Origin: a virus
Taxonomy: Duplodnaviria; Caudoviricetes
Length of the DNA stretch: 44,877 nucleotides
IMG/VR virus record: IMGVR_UViG_3300032225_002661
Location: 1 to 44,877 of that record
Direction: 5' to 3' (one strand)
Shown here: one piece after another, positions 36,518 to 44,373 of the stretch
Layout: every line of letters starts with the position of its first letter
Numbering within the stretch: the stretch's first letter is position 1
Translations under genes and position numbers: made by a program
The notes under the pieces: model-generated
Seen by the model: only the letters and a program-made list of their open reading frames with translations
The model's database searches: none
What the model was told of the DNA's origin: nothing

Positions 36518-37608
36518 CCATTTAATATTTCATCCCTTGAAATGCCTAAAATTTTACATTTCACTTCATCCATGGTAGATAATCTATCAATTTCTTTTTC
36601 TATTGACTGCTTTCTCATTTCTGCCATTTTAATTAATTTCTGTCTGCTCTCTTCTTCTTTCCACATTTGTATAAGATTAATAATTGAAGCAGTTTCCTTT
36701 ACTTGCTTGCTTAATCTTTCGCTTCTTTTTACCTTAAGATCGTTATTTAATTTTTGTTGACGATTTACGCAGTCATTATATTCTTTTCTGGCTGTATTGC
36801 TGGCTTCTACTATAGCCATAGGAATTTTTCCATCGTCTTGTATTGCTAGATCTATTTGATTTTGAAGAATGCTGATTGTTTGCTGAATATTAGAGGATAT
36901 TAAAACCTCGGTGCAAAGTACGATATATTGATCTACCTCTTCTTGAGTAAGATCGCTTTTATTATATGTATATCTTATAAAGCTACTTTCAAATAATTCT
37001 CTATCTTTTTCATTATCGTAAAGATTGATTTGGTGGATGAATCTATGAGTGTTCATATACCCTATTACCGCATTTATTTCTCTTTTTTGAGCGTGAGTAA
37101 TTTTATTTTTATCTATTCCATCTAAAACATATTTATTAATTTTAGCTATCATTCTTTCTTCGCTTCTAGGTGGTTTATAGTCTCCAGATGCAGCTTCTTC
37201 ATTTTCTGTATTATTAAATTTAATATTTGTTGGAATATTTTTCATATACTCTAAAACGCTTCTAGTTTCTTGAGACAAATTAGTTAAATGATCATTTTTA
37301 AATAAAATTTTAGAAATCTCTAGACCAGTCATGGTATGACAATTATTGCTTACATATTCTTTTTGTTCATTATTCAATTCTATAAGACCTTTGGCTTCGT
37401 ATTCGTGACTTTTGCGAGGTTTAATTTGTCTAGAAGCTAAAAATTGCTTTACAGCTTTTCCCTCTTTGCTTCTTCCGTCCAAATCATCTCTATTAAAAGC
37501 TAATCTAACCAATTCAGATAAAGAAGGTGGATTATTGGGACGATTATTCCATTCTTCTAATAATTTTAATTCTTGCTCGTGAGTTAAAATAAGCACATCT
37601 TCGTTCAT
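36514..37608 (-). CDS. Hypothetical helical protein, candidate terminase small subunit
   Basis: 364 aa; HTH-like N-terminal segments and C-terminal coiled coils; ATGA-coupled chain leading to TerL. Confidence 0.4.
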   Translation of the reverse strand: MNEDVLILTHEQELKLLEEWNNRPNNPPSLSELVRLAFNRDDLDGRSKEGKAVKQFLASRQIKPRKSHEYEAKGLIELNNEQKEYVSNNCHTMTGLEISKILFKNDHLTNLSQETRSVLEYMKNIPTNIKFNNTENEEAASGDYKPPRSEERMIAKINKYVLDGIDKNKITHAQKREINAVIGYMNTHRFIHQINLYDNEKDRELFESSFIRYTYNKSDLTQEEVDQYIVLCTEVLISSNIQQTISILQNQIDLAIQDDGKIPMAIVEASNTARKEYNDCVNRQQKLNNDLKVKRSERLSKQVKETASIINLIQMWKEEESRQKLIKMAEMRKQSIEKEIDRLSTMDEVKCKILGISRDEILNG

Positions 37609-38285
37609 AATATGTCTATATCTCCATTATATATATGTTTTTTTACTTTAAAAATTATAGATTTTTTTAAATTTTTAATTTGTTTATACCCAGCCGATCT
37701 ATTTTTTTCAGTAGTTTTATAGCCCATCAGTTTCGCTACCTTTTCTTCGTCTAAATTTTGAACGTAAAGATATTTATAGATTTTCCATTCAATTGGTTTA
37801 AGAAATTTTTCAATTTTCAAATGCACATTATTTATAGATAATTCTAAATTTATATTATCTTCGGTCATATCGCTAATTTCTTTTTGATGATTTTCTAAAC
37901 TTAAAGTTAATTTTGTGTCATATGCGTTTTTCTTTTTCTGTTCCCATTTTTTATACAATGGGCAGGAAGCGCATTGAGAGCCATAAATAGCGCATCCATC
38001 ATTTCCTTCCGAAGCTAAACATTTTAAACAAGGCCTGGCGTAATTGCTATAATTATTTCTAATTAAATTTTTAATTTGATTACTAATTATACGATTGATC
38101 CAAGGTATAAGCGGTTTAGTATGATTATATAAATGCCACTTTTTATATATATGAAATCTTAATATTTGAGATACATCATTAAAATCCATCCACGATATCG
38201 CAGTCAACGTCCACTTATTTTTTCGTTTTAATATTTCCTGATCTATTTCTCGAATATGATTTTCAAAGTTATTCTTTTTTGCCAT
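37605..38285 (-). CDS. Sigma70/ECF-like RNA polymerase sigma factor with Cys-rich linker
   Basis: Region-2-like DFNDVSQILRFHIYKKWHLYN...PWINRIISNQIKNLIR; region-4-like LKPIEWKIYKYLYVQNLDEEKVAKLMGY. Confidence 0.7.
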   Translation of the reverse strand: MAKKNNFENHIREIDQEILKRKNKWTLTAISWMDFNDVSQILRFHIYKKWHLYNHTKPLIPWINRIISNQIKNLIRNNYSNYARPCLKCLASEGNDGCAIYGSQCASCPLYKKWEQKKKNAYDTKLTLSLENHQKEISDMTEDNINLELSINNVHLKIEKFLKPIEWKIYKYLYVQNLDEEKVAKLMGYKTTEKNRSAGYKQIKNLKKSIIFKVKKHIYNGDIDIL

Positions 38286-38688
38286 TTTGTTTATGTTCTC
38301 TAGTTTTAGGCTTTAAAGCTCCAGCCTCAATAGCAAAATCTTCAAGAAATTTTTCATTATTAATCTTACCATAATTTTCACTATTTTGGACAAGACTTTT
38401 AAAATCTTCATACTCTTCCTCGGGAGAAGACTTCATAATATCTGAAACTTTTTCCGATATTAATTGCGATTTGGAGATTTCTACTTCAAGATTATTAATC
38501 TTAGGAACTCTTAAAACATCAATATCTTCGTCTAAATTTTCTGATGAAATTAATTCTTGCGCAATTGAAGGTTTTATCTTATTTAAATTAGATTGAATCA
38601 AATTCGTGCCACATTTTGAGCAAAAATTAGGTTTTGAATGAGAGTATTGATGACAAGCGCCACAAGATGAACAATATATCTTTAGCAT
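38269..38688 (-). CDS. Zinc-ribbon protein with acidic C-terminus
   Basis: YCSSCG...KPNFCSKCGTNL (two CxxC pairs); overlaps the start of the sigma gene. Confidence 0.75.
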   Translation of the reverse strand: MLKIYCSSCGACHQYSHSKPNFCSKCGTNLIQSNLNKIKPSIAQELISSENLDEDIDVLRVPKINNLEVEISKSQLISEKVSDIMKSSPEEEYEDFKSLVQNSENYGKINNEKFLEDFAIEAGALKPKTREHKQNGKKE

Positions 38689-38696
38689 TATATATG

Positions 38697-38702
38697 ATTA
38701 TA
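38697..38702 (-). promoter_or_regulatory. TATAAT -10-like element, possible leaderless promoter
   Basis: TATAAT 8 nt before ATG 38688, no SD. Confidence 0.4.
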
Positions 38703-38750
38703 TAAAAATTTGAAAAAAATATCTAATAATATAAATTAAATTACAAAAAT

Positions 38751-39548
38751 TTATTGAGCGGAAAGATTAACATTTCCCATGCCGACTTCTGTTAAATATT
38801 TCTGAGGCCCTATAGTTGTAGTTACTGGAGTGAGTTCGTCTGTTTTATTAGCAAACCCGCCAGTATAAGTGCTTGGGACCAAAGATTTAAATGAGTAAGT
38901 GTATACGTCATAACTACTAAGATATTGTCCTCTGGTATCAGTTGTAAATTTAGCTACAGGGATATTAATATTAAGAGTTTTTTCCGTATACACGGTTGCT
39001 CCTATTTTTACGCTACCAGCAACTGGAGTATAGCCTGCCATATTAGCATATCCGGCGCTTAATCCAACAGCTATAGCATCGCCAGCCGCGCCAGCTGTAC
39101 CAGCGTAACTGGCAAATCCTGCATAACCCGCATAATTTGCACTACTTACAAGATCAGCTTTGTTTGCGTAATTTGCTTGATCTGCTGTGCCTCCAGCAGC
39201 CAGACTAAGAGCATATGCCGCGTATCCAACAGTAATATTTGCGTAGCCAGCATAGTTTGCGTTATCAACAAGATCTATCTTATTTGCGTAGTTGGCTTGA
39301 TTAGCTGTCCCAGATATGGACCCAGCATAAGATGCGTAATCGACAGAAGCTACCGTCCCTACTACCCCAGGATAGTTCGCTTGACTAACAGGACCAGCGT
39401 AATTTGCTATATTGACACCATTACCATTTAAATAATATTGTCCATTTTTTAAATTAATATTAATCCCGTCTATGGTTAAAAAGTTATCAGATACAGCAAT
39501 TTCTTTAGTTTTACCATTATCAACATATTTAAATAATGTATTTTTCAT
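38751..39548 (-). CDS. Fibre-like virion protein with ANYA/YAG repeats
   Basis: 265 aa; many ANYA, YAGYA and QANYANK repeats; includes a duplicated GTA.QANYANK.DLV..ANYAGYA unit. Confidence 0.6.
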   Translation of the reverse strand: MKNTLFKYVDNGKTKEIAVSDNFLTIDGININLKNGQYYLNGNGVNIANYAGPVSQANYPGVVGTVASVDYASYAGSISGTANQANYANKIDLVDNANYAGYANITVGYAAYALSLAAGGTADQANYANKADLVSSANYAGYAGFASYAGTAGAAGDAIAVGLSAGYANMAGYTPVAGSVKIGATVYTEKTLNINIPVAKFTTDTRGQYLSSYDVYTYSFKSLVPSTYTGGFANKTDELTPVTTTIGPQKYLTEVGMGNVNLSAQ

Positions 39549-39549
39549 A

Positions 39550-41304
39550 TTAATTTAACCTAATTTCTAATTGCATTGTGGTTAATCCTCCTGGATATTG
39601 CAATCTAAAAGTCAATGGCGAATTAGAAATATTATTGACATTAGTCATTTTAGATAACAGATTTGAGTTTAGATCGTTTTCATTAAATTCTGCGCGGCCT
39701 ATCATTAAAGATAAATTATTTCCAATCGCCCAACCTACTCCAGTTTTAATTCCGAGTAAAGCTTGAGAAGGGAACGAGTCCGAGTTTGTAAAAGATTTCA
39801 AGAAAACTCCAGTAATCATTTTATTATTAGGCAATTCAAACGAAAAATAATCTGGATCAATATTTTGCATTCCATTTTTAATTACATGTACTATAGAGCT
39901 TTCTTGAGAATATGATAATGTTCCTAAATCAGTAGGATTAAACGGATTATTGCTCAAATCTCCATTAACAGATTCGTCCCATAAAGTCTCACTAATGGTT
40001 GGTTTAACGTTATTTGTGGGCGAAGTATCTTCTAAAGCTCCCGTGCCAAAACTAAAAGAATTTAAAATAATTGATCCGTCTCCGGTGAGAGTTCCATAAT
40101 CTACATAAGAAAATTTTCCAGCATTTCTTGTTTTATCATTTGTTTGTGAGCAATTTTCAAAAATTCCAGCTATTAATCCGTGCTGCCCAAATGAACCAAA
40201 CCCAGCTTTACAATTTATAAATTCTCCACTTAAATGCAAATGTTTATTCTCTGCGCTTCTATTAACGTCCCAAGCTTGTCCAAAACTATAAAAAGATGCT
40301 TTGCAATTTTCATATTTTCCTGCAGCAAAACCGTCCATCCCGCCAAAGCTATATACTCCAGCTTCAACATTTTTGAATTTTCCTACGAAACAAGAATTCG
40401 AAGCCATTGAAAGCGTCCAAGGATTTTCTACTAACTTTACGTCTTCAACCTCTGCATAATCTCCTTGATAAATTGGCCAAATTTTAAAATCAAAATTAAA
40501 ATAAACGAATGGGCTAGTAAATGTTCTCCAGTTTTTGCATTCCCAAGGAAATGTCGCATCAACATCTAATCCCCTAGCAAGAATATTAATTCCATTTTGA
40601 TTTTTATTGAAATAATACCATCCTAGAGGAATATTATTTATTGAATTTTGGAATTTCGCAATATAAAGATCATCTGTTAAAGCTTTATACATAGGAGTAT
40701 TAAATGGATTTAGCCCCCAATTAGCAGGAAAAATATTTTGATTAGAATAAACTGAACCTAAAAAATTATTATTTAAGTTTTCAAATACATATTTTTTTGG
40801 TAATTGATTGTTTAGTGGATCAAAACCATCAAATAAAAATTTATAACAATAATAAAAACACGATGGAGCATACAATCCATAATCTCTATTATTAGAAGTT
40901 TTATAATAAGCAGACTCTATATTCAATTGTTGCTCTGTTGGGTTTTCAATTTTATAATTATTACTAATTGATAATTTTTTTAATGATATATTGTCGTAAA
41001 TTAAATTAATAACTGCTCCAGTTGGAACGACGCTATAAATTTGCTGCTGGTCTGCATTATCTCCAAGCCCTATAATATTAACATTTTGACGATATAAATT
41101 TAAACTTTTTCCATTTAAATCATATTTACCTGGAGGTAAAAATATAGTATAAGATTCATTTTGATTATAGGATTGTAAATCAATACTTTCATATTGATCA
41201 ATTAATTCTTGGCCATTTAAAACTGGATCATTTGTTACTTTTAAAAACTTAAAAGTATTTCCATCTAAATTTGACCCGCCACCGTTCAATGGAAATGAAT
41301 TCAT
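39550..41304 (-). CDS. Tailspike/fibre-like protein with beta-helix-type start and SFG repeats
   Basis: TIFLPPGKYDL...NVNIIGLG is a pectin-lyase-like opening; repeats G.F.NC.A..[YG]SFG; distinct C-terminal beta-sandwich. Confidence 0.55.
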   Translation of the reverse strand: MNSFPLNGGGSNLDGNTFKFLKVTNDPVLNGQELIDQYESIDLQSYNQNESYTIFLPPGKYDLNGKSLNLYRQNVNIIGLGDNADQQQIYSVVPTGAVINLIYDNISLKKLSISNNYKIENPTEQQLNIESAYYKTSNNRDYGLYAPSCFYYCYKFLFDGFDPLNNQLPKKYVFENLNNNFLGSVYSNQNIFPANWGLNPFNTPMYKALTDDLYIAKFQNSINNIPLGWYYFNKNQNGINILARGLDVDATFPWECKNWRTFTSPFVYFNFDFKIWPIYQGDYAEVEDVKLVENPWTLSMASNSCFVGKFKNVEAGVYSFGGMDGFAAGKYENCKASFYSFGQAWDVNRSAENKHLHLSGEFINCKAGFGSFGQHGLIAGIFENCSQTNDKTRNAGKFSYVDYGTLTGDGSIILNSFSFGTGALEDTSPTNNVKPTISETLWDESVNGDLSNNPFNPTDLGTLSYSQESSIVHVIKNGMQNIDPDYFSFELPNNKMITGVFLKSFTNSDSFPSQALLGIKTGVGWAIGNNLSLMIGRAEFNENDLNSNLLSKMTNVNNISNSPLTFRLQYPGGLTTMQLEIRLN

Positions 41305-41308
41305 ATTA

Positions 41309-43468
41309 TTAATCTGTTAATCTGTATGTTACATTAACAGGGGCGCTAGATGTATTTTTTAAGAAAAATTGATTTGCGTTTGAAATACCATCTAATTCTA
41401 ATCCTGTATTACTACTTAAAGTCAAATCAGGCAGTGAATCTATATCTGTCTCTAAAATATTAGAAATATTTTGAGAATTAATTTTAAAGTTTTTAATTTC
41501 TAAATCTGCTGGCAGTCCAGGATATGAATTTACAATTTCTCCATTAAAACTTCTCCCACAAAAACTTGGCGCGAAATTATGAGTAGTAGTAACTCCTATA
41601 TAATTCCCAATGTTTCTAGATGAGTAATTTGGATCATTAAATTCAAATAATAATCTATCTTGACCATTAGTAAATTTATTCAAATAGACTCTAATGATTC
41701 CTTTATTAAATTTTACTTTAAACGTATTCCAATCATTATTTTTTAATGTAGAACTGCCCATCCATAATCCAATATTAGAAATATTATTACATGGAATAGT
41801 ATTATTGCTCAAATTACTCCAACCAAGAAAATGCGGATGTATACTGTCTTCGAGTAAATATGCTGGACGGCTTGAAGAATTTGTTAGATTAGAAGATCCA
41901 TGATAGACTTGAACTGTGTTATTATAAATATCTAAAGATATTCTATATGCATCTTTTCCAGCAGTAGGATGATCTTTAAATGGTAAATTTTGAGGATATG
42001 GTTTAGAACTCCAGTTAGCGAAAGCAAACAGATTTACAGAAGTATTTGATCTTATTTCCGTCATTAATCTTATTAAAAGAGTTTTATTTTCATCACTAGT
42101 TGATCGAATGGTTGTACTCGATGAAACGTTTGATTTATCAAACAAAAATCCGCTTCCATCAGCGCTATTATTATATGTCCCAGTTTCATCAAAAAGAGAT
42201 AATCCTACGTAATATTTTTCTGGATCTGCAGAGGTACCAAAATTTTTTCTTACAATCCCATATGTTCCTTTAGTATAAATTTTATTACTTCTAGAAGTCG
42301 CATCATAAGCAAGAACATTTGATAACGCTCCGTTCATCATAATTCTAAAATAAATAGTAGTACTATAATTAATTGGTTGTATTCGATAATTTGCTACGCC
42401 TCCAGTACTAGAGGTAAAATTTGCAAAATTAGGATCATTTGACCACTGAACTTGAGAGTAAGTAAATGGAAAATTTGCATAACGAAAATTTAAAAGAAAA
42501 TTGCTACCCTCTCTTATAACGTTATCGAGAATTATTTGTGGTTGAGCTCCTAGAGATTCATCTGCAATAAATTCTGGAACGGCTTTTGCGGAGCCATTAG
42601 AGGTACAACAAGAATAAGCTCTTAGAGAAACTTTTTGAAAAGGAGTTATTCTGCAAATATTTTTATCGTTTTGTAATTGCTCCACGCAAATAAAAGATGA
42701 TTCCATTACCCTAATTCCAGCCATTTTATATAATGGGACGTAAATATCTAATTCTTGTTGATTTGCCCTATAATCGACCCTCGTAGGTCTAGCACACCAA
42801 TATCTATAATTTGTCGCACCAGCAACCAGATCTTCTCTATATATTACCAATCGAAACCCTTCGAAACCTTTTTGATTACCTTGTCTTTGTTGGAAATATA
42901 AATTATTATTTAAGTCCGTAAAATTAGATATTGTAAATTTAATATTCCAATTTGGATTTTCGAAAAGAGTAGTTCCTATTCCCCCTCCATAGCATCCTCC
43001 TCCAGTAGTATAAGTAGTCCCCCATTCCCAATCTAACGGTACATCAGCAGTAATTTCCATTTTAGTTATTTTACAAATTTTTGGGGCAGGATTATAAAAA
43101 TCGAAGCTTAATTCTAAATCATTTTTATCTGTAAAACTAGATAATTTGGTGTACGCCGCCAATCTTTTATCTACAGATTCTGCTTTAAAAATTTTATTTG
43201 CTCCAATTCCGTTTTCGATTGTAGAAATTTGTCCGAATCCAACACTTTTTTCCCAAGATATAGCGGGTTCGGGGATTGCTGAATTTGACGGATTATAATT
43301 TTTAAATGAATAGCTTGTGAGGGCTGGGGCGCCCAATTCTTTTATAATTAAGTTCGTATTTGATTTATTTAAAAGAGTTAAGGAATTTCCTTCTTTATTT
43401 GGTAATTGAATATATCCATTAGCCGGAACCGTTACTGTTTGATGCGAAGAAGATGTTGCATTGCCCAT
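41309..43468 (-). CDS. Multidomain virion protein with ConA/lectin-like domain (start revised to ATG 43468)
   Basis: WNTFKVKFNKGIIRVYLN...LLFEFND...IGV...LEIKNFKI resembles ConA-like beta-sandwiches. The track's GTG start at 43483 is part of a GTGTATA promoter-like motif, so MGNATSS is the likelier start. Confidence 0.6.
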   Translation of the reverse strand: MGNATSSSHQTVTVPANGYIQLPNKEGNSLTLLNKSNTNLIIKELGAPALTSYSFKNYNPSNSAIPEPAISWEKSVGFGQISTIENGIGANKIFKAESVDKRLAAYTKLSSFTDKNDLELSFDFYNPAPKICKITKMEITADVPLDWEWGTTYTTGGGCYGGGIGTTLFENPNWNIKFTISNFTDLNNNLYFQQRQGNQKGFEGFRLVIYREDLVAGATNYRYWCARPTRVDYRANQQELDIYVPLYKMAGIRVMESSFICVEQLQNDKNICRITPFQKVSLRAYSCCTSNGSAKAVPEFIADESLGAQPQIILDNVIREGSNFLLNFRYANFPFTYSQVQWSNDPNFANFTSSTGGVANYRIQPINYSTTIYFRIMMNGALSNVLAYDATSRSNKIYTKGTYGIVRKNFGTSADPEKYYVGLSLFDETGTYNNSADGSGFLFDKSNVSSSTTIRSTSDENKTLLIRLMTEIRSNTSVNLFAFANWSSKPYPQNLPFKDHPTAGKDAYRISLDIYNNTVQVYHGSSNLTNSSSRPAYLLEDSIHPHFLGWSNLSNNTIPCNNISNIGLWMGSSTLKNNDWNTFKVKFNKGIIRVYLNKFTNGQDRLLFEFNDPNYSSRNIGNYIGVTTTHNFAPSFCGRSFNGEIVNSYPGLPADLEIKNFKINSQNISNILETDIDSLPDLTLSSNTGLELDGISNANQFFLKNTSSAPVNVTYRLTD

Positions 43469-43476
43469 ATGATATA

Positions 43477-43483
43477 TATACAC
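43477..43483 (-). promoter_or_regulatory. GTGTATA variant of the putative late promoter
   Basis: 8 nt before ATG 43468, spacing like 25413 and 33733. Confidence 0.5.
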
Positions 43484-43501
43484 TTTTTTTAAAAGAAAGT
43501 T

Positions 43502-44311
43502 TTAAAAATTCATTAATTTTATTATAGCTTTTATTTTTTCTGGAATATATTTGCCTTTTTTTGCAGCCAATAAATGCGTATATCCTAGCTCGGAACACTT
43601 TACAGGAGAGAAATCATTCTCTTTTGAAAAAAGAAAGTTTATTTTTTCATTATAGTATTCTATGCACGTAGCTAAATAGTATTGCTCTGCGTAAACAGCT
43701 TTTCTCCAAGTCGCTCCAAAATTATCTTCTGTCCAAAATTTTTTATTAATAGGATCCAAAACCATTTGCAATGCAGAGGAGCTATATTTATATATAAAAC
43801 CTAAATTATTTCCGCCAAAAATACCTGCATTCGGTGCGTAATTTGGTCTTTTGTATTGAGCTATATATTTTTTGGGACATCTTTTATAAAAATCATTTAA
43901 TCTATAAAAATAATCAATGTGCGTTTCTGCAGATTGAGCAAATAAATTAGATTGTATTAGACTAAGTGGCAATGGCTTCCACAAAAAAACATCATTATCA
44001 ATATGCACAAAAGGCTGTCCTTCTAGAGCTAAATATTTATAAATAAAAATTTTTCCTAATGACCATACTTTTTGATACTCTTCAGATATTTCGAATTTAT
44101 CTAAAATTGTATTAATTGAAGTAAAAGGAATATCTTTAAAAGATTTTTTTGACTTGGAGTCGGTTATCAAATGAACTTCTCCATAATGTTTAAGCGCGAG
44201 ATGAGCACTTAATTTATAAGTATCTAATACAAAATCTGATATTTCTTTATTATTCCATCCGTGATATCCGCCAGACCAATAAGACATATAAAATATTGGC
44301 ATTTTTTTCAT
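43502..44311 (-). CDS. DUF6734-like putative glycosyltransferase (GT-A, DxD)
   Basis: SYWS...LSAHLALKHYGEVHLITD...WSLGKIFIY...PFVHIDNDVFLWK...NAGIFGG...AEQYYL...GYTHLL. Confidence 0.7.
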   Translation of the reverse strand: MKKMPIFYMSYWSGGYHGWNNKEISDFVLDTYKLSAHLALKHYGEVHLITDSKSKKSFKDIPFTSINTILDKFEISEEYQKVWSLGKIFIYKYLALEGQPFVHIDNDVFLWKPLPLSLIQSNLFAQSAETHIDYFYRLNDFYKRCPKKYIAQYKRPNYAPNAGIFGGNNLGFIYKYSSSALQMVLDPINKKFWTEDNFGATWRKAVYAEQYYLATCIEYYNEKINFLFSKENDFSPVKCSELGYTHLLAAKKGKYIPEKIKAIIKLMNF

Positions 44312-44321
44312 CTATTTATAT

Positions 44322-44327
44322 ATTATA
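44322..44327 (-). promoter_or_regulatory. TATAAT -10-like element
   Basis: TATAAT 10 nt before ATG 44311, no SD; AT-rich context. Confidence 0.3.
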
Positions 44328-44373
44328 AATAAAAAATGAAAATAATTAAAGTATAATTTATTCTATGTTTTAA

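Noticed and set aside
39120-39315. DGR template/variable repeat pair in the YAG-repeat gene
   Set aside because: The duplicated unit is in-frame within one gene, differences are not adenine-specific, and no reverse transcriptase is in the window.
13-41903. All plus-strand ORFs in the track (e.g. 13..348, 14935..15276, 16786..17136, 28306..28701)
   Set aside because: They are antisense shadows of long, tightly packed minus-strand genes, with no recognisable motifs.
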